Shown: positions 30,028 through 38,218 of the stretch, piece after piece
Layout: each line of letters begins with the position of its first letter
Numbering within the stretch: the first letter of the stretch is position 1
DNA from: an uncultured Heliomicrobium sp.
GTDB lineage: Bacteria; Acidobacteriota; Blastocatellia; RBC074
Assembly: GCA_964570175.1 (NCBI GenBank)
Contig: CAZMXG010000016.1
Coordinates: 9,746-73,745, forward strand
Direction of reading: 5' to 3'
DNA length: 64,000 nt
Position numbers and translations under genes: made by a program
The notes under the pieces: model-generated
Databases searched by the model: none
Told to the model about the DNA's origin: nothing
The model's input: the letters and a program-made list of their open reading frames with translations, nothing else

Positions 30028-32682
30028 TCAGGAGCGGCGGACGTCACAACTGGTGCCGCCTGCGGCGGGAATGTAAGAGTTCAGCACGTAATCCATGACC
30101 ATTCGGTCTGCGCTGAACCGCCAGCCGAGTGTCCGAATGGCGCGTTTCATGCGGGCAATCCAGTTTCTGGGCAAACCGTCGCGGTCGCGATTGTAATAGA
30201 GCGGAATGACTTCGTCGCGAAGCGTTTTGGCCAGTGCTTCGCCATCACGGGAATCGTGAATGTGGATTGAGGTATGTGTTTCGCCCATGCCGATCGCGAA
30301 ACCATTCAGACCGTCGTAGGCTTCTGCCCACCAACCGTCCAGGATCGAAAGATTCAATCCACCATTGAGCACGACTTTCTGGCCGCTGGTTCCCGAAGCT
30401 TCAAGCGGCCTACGCGGATTGTTCAGCCACACGTCCACGCCTTGCACCAGATGGCGACCAAGGTTGATGTCGTAATCTTCGATAAACATGATCTTGCCCG
30501 CAAACCGCGGATCGCGCATCAATTGGGCGATTTGCTGCAGCACTTGTTTGCCGGGCTGGTCGTGCGGATGGGCTTTGCCAGCGAAGACGAATTGAATCGG
30601 CCTTTGCGCATCATTGACCAGGCTGGCAAGCGCTTCGATGTCCTGCAAAATCAGGTTGGCGCGTTTGTAGGTCGCAAAGCGGCGCGCAAAGCCAATGGTC
30701 AAAGCATCCAGGCTCAGAGACTTTTGCAGTTGTTTGACGAACTCCGGCGATTCACCGCGCTGCTTGGCGTAATGCGCGGCCCGCCGCCGAGCGGTTTCGA
30801 TCAACTGGACTTTCAATGTCTGATGGGTTTCCCACAACTCGCCGTCGTCCACGTTTTCAATGGCTTCCCAAAATCCTGGTTTGCCACAACGAACGCGCCA
30901 GTCCGGGCCAAAATGACGGTCGTAGACTTGATGCATTTGCGGCGCCAGCCACGTCGGCACGTGAACGCCATTGGTAATGTGACCAATCGGCACGTCTTGT
31001 TCGGCTCTGCCTGGAAACAGTGGCGTCCACATTGCGCGCGATACCTGCCCGTGCAAAGAAGATACTGCGTTGGCACGGCGCGAAAGTTTCAGCGCCAGCA
31101 CCGTCATGCAAAACTCGTCGTTGTGATTTTCTCGCCCAAGCGTCATCAATTGATCGTGACTCATCCCCAAGGCTTCAGCGAGCGGTCCCAGATGCTCTTC
31201 GATCAATTGCGAAGAAAATCGGTCGTGCCCAGCCGGAACCGGTGTATGCGTGGTAAACACAATTTGCGAAGCCACTCGGCGCATGGCTTCTTCCGCGCTA
31301 ATGCCCTCCGTAATCATCCGTTGGCGAACCAGTTCCAGGCTGGCAAACGCACTGTGACCTTCGTTCAAATGCGCGACGCCGGGGGAAATGCCCAAGGCTT
31401 TCAGAGCGCGAACGCCGCCGACTCCCAGCAACAATTCCTGGCGAATACGTATGCGATTGTCGCCGCCATACAAACGTGCAGTCAGTTCGCGGTCTTCCGG
31501 CTGATTTCCGTCCACGTCGGAATCAAGTAGCAGGAGCGTGATTCTTCCAACAGCGATTTTCCATACGCGGGCAGCAATGGTGCCGGTGCGCGTTTCAATC
31601 GTCACGGTAACGGGTTCGCCGCTGGCAGTCAGAGCAGGTTGAATCGGCAGCAAGCGGCCGTCCACTTCGATGTAATCTTCCTGCTGCCAGCCTTCCAGAT
31701 CCAGCCGCTGTTTGAAATAGCCTTGATCGTAAAACAGCCCGATGCCAACCAGAGGAATTCCCAAATCGGAAGCGCTTTTCAAATGATCGCCCGCCAAGAT
31801 GCCAAGCCCGCCTGAATAGATTGGAATGGATTCGTGCAATCCAAATTCGGCGGAAAAATACGCCACCGGGCGCGCCCACAGCACACCAGCGTGCCGCGCT
31901 CCCCAGGTGTGTTTGGAATTCAGGTATTCCAGCATCCGCCGATAGGCGTAATTGATTCGGCTGTGCAGCGCCAACTGCGAAGCGCGCTCTTCCAGCTTAT
32001 CAATCGGCATTTGCTCCAACAGCGCAATTGGGTTGTAGCCCAATTCGCGCCACAAAACCGGATCAAGTTCCCGGAACAGACTGGTCGTGTCGTCATCCCA
32101 ACTCCACCACAAGTTTTTCGCCAGCATCTGCAAGCGTTGGTGAGCGGGCGCAACAAACTGGCCCAGAGCTCGAGCCTCGCTGACCACGGATGCCACCTGC
32201 GTTCCAGCCGTCGTCAACATTCTGACTTCATCCTGACCGAAAAGGCGTGGATCAGAAGTTTGCACAACCAGCACGCCTTGCAATAATCCCCGATCAATCA
32301 GTGGCACGCCCAGGAACGAGTGATAGGCGTCTTCCCCGGCTTCGGGAAAGTATTTGAAACGTGCATGTGTCGTGGCATCTTCAAAGACTTGCGGACGTAA
32401 TTGCTCTGCTACCAGGCCGACCAGCCCCTCATTGAGCCGCATCCGCACACGGCCAATGCCTTCCTGCCTAAGCCCAACGGTTGCCGCCAGCACCAGTGTA
32501 GAGCGGTCAGGTTCCAACAAGTAAACCGAACACACATCCGTCGTGAATCGCTGTTGAATCAGCTTCACAATATTCGCCAGCGTTTCCGCCGGATTGCCGC
32601 TGTTTGAAACCAAGTGGCTGATTTCTTCCAGCGTCCACAGCAAAGAGCCTTCATAAGTTATTGCCGATTCTTCCATGTTCAT
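30028..32682 (-). CDS. glgP: Alpha-glucan phosphorylase (GT35, GlgP family) with N-terminal GAF domain
   Basis: The N-terminal GAF region is (DVCSVYLLEPDRSTLVLAATVGL...SFLGVPLIDRGLLQGVLVVQT). It is followed by a DUF3417-like segment (LWWSWDD) and the GT35 core (FSAEFGLHESIPIYSGGLGILAGDHLKSASDLGIPLVGIGLFY). Confidence 0.85.
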   Translation of the reverse strand: MNMEESAITYEGSLLWTLEEISHLVSNSGNPAETLANIVKLIQQRFTTDVCSVYLLEPDRSTLVLAATVGLRQEGIGRVRMRLNEGLVGLVAEQLRPQVFEDATTHARFKYFPEAGEDAYHSFLGVPLIDRGLLQGVLVVQTSDPRLFGQDEVRMLTTAGTQVASVVSEARALGQFVAPAHQRLQMLAKNLWWSWDDDTTSLFRELDPVLWRELGYNPIALLEQMPIDKLEERASQLALHSRINYAYRRMLEYLNSKHTWGARHAGVLWARPVAYFSAEFGLHESIPIYSGGLGILAGDHLKSASDLGIPLVGIGLFYDQGYFKQRLDLEGWQQEDYIEVDGRLLPIQPALTASGEPVTVTIETRTGTIAARVWKIAVGRITLLLLDSDVDGNQPEDRELTARLYGGDNRIRIRQELLLGVGGVRALKALGISPGVAHLNEGHSAFASLELVRQRMITEGISAEEAMRRVASQIVFTTHTPVPAGHDRFSSQLIEEHLGPLAEALGMSHDQLMTLGRENHNDEFCMTVLALKLSRRANAVSSLHGQVSRAMWTPLFPGRAEQDVPIGHITNGVHVPTWLAPQMHQVYDRHFGPDWRVRCGKPGFWEAIENVDDGELWETHQTLKVQLIETARRRAAHYAKQRGESPEFVKQLQKSLSLDALTIGFARRFATYKRANLILQDIEALASLVNDAQRPIQFVFAGKAHPHDQPGKQVLQQIAQLMRDPRFAGKIMFIEDYDINLGRHLVQGVDVWLNNPRRPLEASGTSGQKVVLNGGLNLSILDGWWAEAYDGLNGFAIGMGETHTSIHIHDSRDGEALAKTLRDEVIPLYYNRDRDGLPRNWIARMKRAIRTLGWRFSADRMVMDYVLNSYIPAAGGTSCDVRRS

Positions 32683-32919
32683 TTTTTGCCTCTGAAGAGG
32701 TTCCTTTTATCGAATTAGTTGGATTGATAATTTTCGTGGTTGGGTTTTGAGAGCAAGTTTAACGCCAAATTTCAATCATGACCTAAATTGCTAGCAAAGC
32801 TTATAGATTAAAGCATTTTCCAGCATATCAAGGGCACAGTTTATCCTGCCAATTACCACAATTCTGTCAGGCATCTTTCAAAATTGTCAGCCACACCGAC
32901 CCCGAAGTTTTCAAAGGAT

Positions 32920-33294
32920 TCAATCTGGGTTTTCAACCGCAATCATCAGTTTCAGGCTTACAATCAAGGGCGGCAAATCATTGACCAGAATTTGCCAGAG
33001 AATGTCGAAATCCACAGAGTCATAACCGTGAATAAGCCGTTTGCGAAGGCTGACGATTTGCGGCCAGGGAATTTCGGGGTGGTTTTCACATTGCTCTTTG
33101 GGAACTCAGCCCGCTGCTTCTCCAACGACCTCAAGTAGACGTGTCAAAGCAAGATTCAGCATTCGGTCAGTGTCGAGCTCAGAGCGCGTTCGCCCTTGTG
33201 CCAGCGAAACTGCTTCTTCAGCGTGGCTCAGCATATGCCGCAAAGCAATAATCGGGTCACGCTTGCTCATACTGAGCCTCCGCTTCCAATTCAA
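32920..33294 (-). pseudogene. HepT/DUF86 (HEPN) toxin gene interrupted by an in-frame TGA (opal) codon at 33106-33108
   Basis: The N-terminal half (..LALTRLLEVVGEAAG) and the downstream same-frame half (VPKEQCENHPEIPWPQIVSLRKRLIHGYDSVDFDILW...) together form a full DUF86 protein, including the R-x4-H-x-Y motif. The only defect is the single in-frame stop. Confidence 0.55.
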
Positions 33295-33559
33295 CCAGAT
33301 GCCGAATTTCCGGGCTAAGGAATTGAGGAGTGTTTAGATCAACCTTGCGTCCCAATAAGCCCGAAAGCTCGGCTTCCAAAGTAAAGAACGCCAAGCCGGG
33401 AACGTGCCCCGGTTCAAATTCGACGAGAACATCCACATCGCTGTCAGGGCGAAAATCTTCGCGTAAGACGGAACCAAAAAACGCCAATCGGCGAATGTTG
33501 CTTCGGCGACAGAAGTCACTCAATTTGGATTTATCGAAGTTGATGCGAACCATGGTCAT
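33257..33559 (-). CDS. Nucleotidyltransferase (MntA-like antitoxin partner of the disrupted HepT)
   Basis: The motif RLAFFGSVLREDFRPDSDVDVLVEF is present. The gene overlaps the HepT start by 38 nt. Confidence 0.75.
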   Translation of the reverse strand: MTMVRINFDKSKLSDFCRRSNIRRLAFFGSVLREDFRPDSDVDVLVEFEPGHVPGLAFFTLEAELSGLLGRKVDLNTPQFLSPEIRHLVELEAEAQYEQA

Positions 33560-33575
33560 CCCTTTTCAGACTATT

Positions 33576-35585
33576 TTAGACAGTAAAATACCGCCCCAAA
33601 GCCGTCAACGGAAACTGATTTCGATACTGGTGGTAGTTGATATAAAAATGCCCCGGAAAACCCGTGCCTGTAAATTCAGCTTCCGGCCAACTGCCGTCGG
33701 AGTTTTGCTTGCTGAGCAAGTATTCAATTCCCCTTTTGACTGAATCGCTTTCAAAATCCCCCGCAGCCATCAGCCCCATCAACGCCCAAGCGGTTTGCGA
33801 AGGCGTGCTGGGACCTTTGCCGCGAAGCTCCGGCTTCTTGTACGAATCGCAAGTTTCGCCCCAGCCTCCGTCGGCATTTTGAACGCCGCGTAGCCAGGCG
33901 GCGGCTTGCGCGATGCGATCACAGTTCATGTCAAAACCGATATGCGGAGCGATGGAGCGCAAGCCAACCAACGCCAGATAGGTGCCATAAATATAGTTGA
34001 CTCCCCAGCGTCCCCACCACGAACCGTCTTTCTCTTGAAGACTGAGCAAAAAGTTGATGGCGCGCTGTACGTCAGAATCGCGGTACAGCTTTTCGCCGTG
34101 CCTTGATTGCCAGTGCCCAAGCAATTCCAACACGCGTCCGGTCAGATCGGCGGTCGGCGGATCAATCATCGCTTTCAGATCGCCGTATGGCATCTGGTTC
34201 CAAAGATCGTTGGTGTTATCTATGTCGAATGCTGCCCAGCCGCCGACCTTGCATTGCATAGACATCACCCATTCGGTGGCGGCGCGGCAGGCTTCCAGCT
34301 TGTAGCCTTCATTTACCCGCTCCCTACCGGTCGCGGTACTGACTCCAAGCAAAGCCATGATCACTGCCGCTGTGTCGTCCACGTCGGGATAATAATCGTT
34401 GTAAAACTCGAAAGCCCATCCTGCGGGTTTGCCTTTGCGATTGTAGACAGCCCAGTCGCCATAGCGAAAAATCTGTTTGGTCAACAGCCATTCGCCAGCG
34501 GCTTTGATGCGCGAATCGGTCGGCGAAACTCCGGAATCCAGCAGCGCCGTTAATCCAAGCGCCGTGTCCCAGGTCGGCGAAATGCAAGGTTGCAAGCGCA
34601 AATACTGCGGCAATTCGGAGTCGCTCATTGCACCTTCTTCGATGCAAAACCGGTCGAGCGCATCCAGACCGCGTTTAATGTACGGATGTTCTGCCGAATA
34701 CCCAAGCGCGTGAAACATCAGAATCGAATTCAACATTGCCGGAACGATCCCAGCCCAATCGCCGGAGGTGTCTTGCCGTTCAATCACCCAGCGCTCGGCG
34801 GCTTCGATTCCCGCCTGGCGAAAAGGAACGATGCCAAGCTGATCCAGCAGCTTCAACGTTTGGTCTGCCGCCAGAAAAAGACTTCCAATCGTAGTGCCAT
34901 CATTGTTTTTCAATCCGGTGTCAGCAGTTGCCTGGCCGCCCTCGGTGAACAACTCTTCGGCATAAATTCCCAGGTCGTAAACGGGCTTCTTATCAATCAC
35001 GACCAGCAGCGGAACGGTCGAAGAGCGCGCCCAGCTTGCCATTGAATACACATTGAACGGAAACCACGTGGGCAAAAACATAAACCACGGCGGCAAGGTG
35101 GGAATTCCGCTCCACGGATAAGCCCCAAACAAAGCCAGATGCAGCTTGGTAAAGACGCGAGCCTTTGTCAGCCCGCCGCGCTCAAGAACAAACTTGCGCG
35201 CTTGCTGCATCGGCAATTCATCTTCACCGTGCCCAGCCAGTTTCAGCGCGAAGTACGCTTCAATGGTCGTGCTGATTTCCCCGCCGTCGCCATAAAACAG
35301 CTCCCAGCCTCCATGCGAACATTGCTGGCGCAGCAGGTAGCGCGCCATTTGCTGAATCTGCGCCTCGCGGTCGCGTCCATTGCTGAAAGAATTTTTGGAG
35401 TTGGCATGAATCAAAATGCGATGAAGCATGATGTATTCCGCCGTCAGCGTGACATTGGCTTCCAGTTCCGCCCACCAAAATCCTTCCAGGTTTTGTTGTG
35501 CAAACAAATAACCTTGGGCGCGATTGATGGCATCAGCCAGACGCGGTTGTACGGTTTGTTGAATTGCTGTTTGCGGAATACTCAT
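33576..35585 (-). CDS. shc: Squalene-hopene cyclase
   Basis: The DVDDTA motif (YYPDVDDTAAV) and multiple QW repeats are present (GGW.., QNADGGWGE). The protein is 669 aa. Confidence 0.9.
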   Translation of the reverse strand: MSIPQTAIQQTVQPRLADAINRAQGYLFAQQNLEGFWWAELEANVTLTAEYIMLHRILIHANSKNSFSNGRDREAQIQQMARYLLRQQCSHGGWELFYGDGGEISTTIEAYFALKLAGHGEDELPMQQARKFVLERGGLTKARVFTKLHLALFGAYPWSGIPTLPPWFMFLPTWFPFNVYSMASWARSSTVPLLVVIDKKPVYDLGIYAEELFTEGGQATADTGLKNNDGTTIGSLFLAADQTLKLLDQLGIVPFRQAGIEAAERWVIERQDTSGDWAGIVPAMLNSILMFHALGYSAEHPYIKRGLDALDRFCIEEGAMSDSELPQYLRLQPCISPTWDTALGLTALLDSGVSPTDSRIKAAGEWLLTKQIFRYGDWAVYNRKGKPAGWAFEFYNDYYPDVDDTAAVIMALLGVSTATGRERVNEGYKLEACRAATEWVMSMQCKVGGWAAFDIDNTNDLWNQMPYGDLKAMIDPPTADLTGRVLELLGHWQSRHGEKLYRDSDVQRAINFLLSLQEKDGSWWGRWGVNYIYGTYLALVGLRSIAPHIGFDMNCDRIAQAAAWLRGVQNADGGWGETCDSYKKPELRGKGPSTPSQTAWALMGLMAAGDFESDSVKRGIEYLLSKQNSDGSWPEAEFTGTGFPGHFYINYHQYRNQFPLTALGRYFTV
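34318..34343 (-). repeat. Copy of the 26-nt repeat embedded in-frame inside the shc coding sequence
   Basis: cgctccctaccggtcgcggtactgac is an exact match to the intergenic copies. In shc it encodes VSTATGRER, located just after the DVDDTA motif. Confidence 0.7.
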
Positions 35586-36919
35586 CGTGAAGACGGGGCA
35601 GGATACGGTGTCGGCGCAGACCTGGGGATTTCAGATCCGCTGGGAGGCGTGGCAGCTCTTGGAATTCCCGACCCACCTGCTGCTGGCGGGATTGAGCCGC
35701 TTGCTGGTGGTATTGCGGTTGGAACTACATCAGAAGTCCTAAGCATGTAATTAACCATCAACGGAGTATCTTCGCTGAAATTTTTCAATCCACCTCGGAT
35801 GCGATTCGCGCGGAGATAAATATTGGTAATGCTGTCCGCAATCGGAGCAAAAGTTGAGCTTTTGGACCTTACACCGAATGATTCGCGCGCCCTGACATCC
35901 ACGGCTGGGCCGGCGGCAATCTGCGCTTTCAATGCTTCCGTATCCTGCACATCACTTTTGGCCAGAAAATCCAACACCTTCAACCCGTGTAAATAGCCGG
36001 AATACCGAACATAAGGTTCGGTGGATTTGATGCAAACCACAAACGCAATGAAGTTGGCTTCATCTTCGCGGGCAAATCCGCGCTGGTGGGCTTTGGCGTG
36101 GGCAATGGCAAACGGCAGATCGCAATCCAGCAGTTTTTCGTTGTAAGTGGCTTCTCCGGTGAAAGGAATGTAAACGGCCCGTATGTCCAGCCAGGTTGCC
36201 ACAGTGGAAAAGATTAGCGGTTTCGGATTGCTGAAGCCGCCCTGACTGGCCGTGCCAAGAGAAGTTTCGAGCTGGAACGAATTCTCAATCGCCTGAAATA
36301 AACCTTGCTGGCCAATTGTCATCATGCTGGTTCCAGTGGCAGTGGCGACTTCGCGCGTGGAATAGTTTCGATTGATGCCTTCAACAATTCGCCTGCCAAC
36401 TTCGATTGCTTCCTGCCGGCCTTCGGCGCGAAGATCCAGATTCATGCGATCTTCGATGGGCTGGCGCTGGTAATTCAGCCCCCACATCAGCAGAAATGCC
36501 GCAAAGGAAAACGTAAACAACCAGGCCAATTGCAGAACCAGCACTTTCAACACATCCAGCAAACTGGTTTCCCGCCGAAACGAACGTCCCAGATACCATA
36601 ACGTAAAACCGATGTACCAAAGAATGATGCAAACCAGCAGGATTTCGCCAATTGGTTTCGGAGAGTATTTGTTCGCCGCCGACAACCATCGCACCAGATA
36701 GTAATAGGCAGTCTGGCTGTAAAGCGATTCGACGGTTTCAGGCGCCAGACTGGCGACCGTCTGCACGGCAAACGCCATAATCAGCCAGAACAGCGCGCGC
36801 CAGAAAATATATCTGGCTTGTACGTCTTCTACGCTGTCGCCTTCTTCAGCATCGTAATCGTCATCCACTGCCGAAACTTTCGGCGTGACGTTGGGCTTTA
36901 GGGGAACAAAAAACCTCAT
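35582..36919 (-). CDS. DUF3810-like polytopic membrane protein with Pro-rich C-terminal tail (tentative metalloprotease-like)
   Basis: There are transmembrane helices and an AIAHAKAHQRGFAREDEANF motif. The tail is PPAAGGSGIPRAATPPSGSEIPRSAPTPYP. The stop overlaps the shc start (ATGA). Confidence 0.35.
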   Translation of the reverse strand: MRFFVPLKPNVTPKVSAVDDDYDAEEGDSVEDVQARYIFWRALFWLIMAFAVQTVASLAPETVESLYSQTAYYYLVRWLSAANKYSPKPIGEILLVCIILWYIGFTLWYLGRSFRRETSLLDVLKVLVLQLAWLFTFSFAAFLLMWGLNYQRQPIEDRMNLDLRAEGRQEAIEVGRRIVEGINRNYSTREVATATGTSMMTIGQQGLFQAIENSFQLETSLGTASQGGFSNPKPLIFSTVATWLDIRAVYIPFTGEATYNEKLLDCDLPFAIAHAKAHQRGFAREDEANFIAFVVCIKSTEPYVRYSGYLHGLKVLDFLAKSDVQDTEALKAQIAAGPAVDVRARESFGVRSKSSTFAPIADSITNIYLRANRIRGGLKNFSEDTPLMVNYMLRTSDVVPTAIPPASGSIPPAAGGSGIPRAATPPSGSEIPRSAPTPYPAPSSR

Positions 36920-36932
36920 AGTTAAATCCTGG

Positions 36933-37328
36933 CTATGATCCTAAGATTACGGCGTCCACTTCGATTTCAATCAGCATCCGGTCATCAATTAGCCGCCGCA
37001 CTTCCACCATCGTTGCGCAAGGTTTGATTTCGCGGAAAAATTCTCCGTGCGCGCGTCCGAACTCTTCCCAGCGGGCAATGTCCGTGACAAACATCCGGGT
37101 CCGCACGACGTCTTTCAATTCACCGCCGAGCGCCTTCAGCGCGCGTTCGATATTTTGAATCACCTGCACGGTTTGGGCGTAAGCATCGCCAACGCCGGCA
37201 ATTTCCCCTTGCTCGTTTGTTGCCGTAGTTCCGGTGACAAAGATTTGATTCCCGATTCGGATTGCGCGCGAATAGCCGACAATCGGCTCCCATTTCGTTC
37301 CTGAAAAGTAATGCTGTTTTTGATCCAT
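36933..37328 (-). CDS. RidA/YjgF family reactive-intermediate deaminase
   Basis: The sequence GDAYAQTVQVIQNIERALKALGGELKDVVRTRMFVTDI..EFF is typical of the RidA fold. The protein is 131 aa. Confidence 0.8.
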   Translation of the reverse strand: MDQKQHYFSGTKWEPIVGYSRAIRIGNQIFVTGTTATNEQGEIAGVGDAYAQTVQVIQNIERALKALGGELKDVVRTRMFVTDIARWEEFGRAHGEFFREIKPCATMVEVRRLIDDRMLIEIEVDAVILGS

Positions 37329-37331
37329 TGT

Positions 37332-38105
37332 TCAGTTGTTGGTGGTTTGAGTTTTGATCGGTCGCCGCCTGGCCGCAATCCGGTCAAACAGGCTGACAGG
37401 CAAAATCCGCATCAGTTTCATAAATGCCGATGCCGCCAGCGGGAAACGAATGACGCGGTCGCCCTGTTCCAGGCGGCGCAAAATCAAGCGGGCGGCTTCG
37501 TCGGCTTGCATCATAAACGGCATTTTGCCGAAACTTTCCGTCATCGGCGTCAAGACGTATCCCGGTTCGATGGTCACCAGTTGCACGCCTTGCGCTTTCA
37601 GTTCAACGCGCAAGCCATCGAACAAAGTTGAAAGTGCGGCTTTGGTTGCGCAATACCCCGCTGATCCGGGAAAGCCACGATCTCCGGCCAAGCTGGAAAT
37701 TGCGGCAATGGTTCCGCTTCCCTGCCGCCGCATGACTGGCAGCAATTCTTCCAGGCAATAGGCCACGCCAAGCAAATTCGTTCGCAACAGGCGTTCAAGG
37801 CTTTCCGCTTTGAAGTTGGAAACATTCGTTGGCCCGCCAATGCCTGCGGAAAGAATTGCCAGATCAATTCGACCGAAACGAGTAATGGTTTCGGCAATCG
37901 CGTGTTTGACTTGCGCCTGGTCGCCGACATCACAGGACAGCGCGATGGCATCGCCGCCTTTTTGCCGCACCTCGCCGCATAAAGTTTCGAGCAATTCAGT
38001 TCGGCGCGCGGCCAAAGCCAGCACATAGTCTTTCGGCGCAAGCTCCTGCGCCAAAGCGTAACCAATTCCGCTGGAGGCTCCGGTGATAAAAACGACTTGT
38101 TTCAT
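37332..38105 (-). CDS. Short-chain dehydrogenase/reductase (SDR)
   Basis: VVFITGASSGIGYALA is a TGxxxGxG motif. The catalytic YCATK is present. The start is ATG 38105; the ORF is open from 38243. Confidence 0.8.
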   Translation of the reverse strand: MKQVVFITGASSGIGYALAQELAPKDYVLALAARRTELLETLCGEVRQKGGDAIALSCDVGDQAQVKHAIAETITRFGRIDLAILSAGIGGPTNVSNFKAESLERLLRTNLLGVAYCLEELLPVMRRQGSGTIAAISSLAGDRGFPGSAGYCATKAALSTLFDGLRVELKAQGVQLVTIEPGYVLTPMTESFGKMPFMMQADEAARLILRRLEQGDRVIRFPLAASAFMKLMRILPVSLFDRIAARRRPIKTQTTNN

Positions 38106-38218
38106 TTTGAAGTTAGTTGTGAGCGCGCGCAGATGATAGCGGACTGAGCCGCTTGTTCCAAGTTCCAGGCTGAGTGAAAATCCCAATCCCTTACGTTCAT
38201 CTTTCCAGGAGTCTCTCA

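Noticed and set aside
30014-30037. GC-rich hairpin (ccgccgct / agcggcgg) at the glgP 3' end as a terminator
   Set aside because: It overlaps the coding end, and no U-tract follows on the transcribed strand.
30274-31530. 418-aa plus-strand ORF
   Set aside because: It is antisense to the GT35 glucan phosphorylase gene, whose homology is unambiguous.
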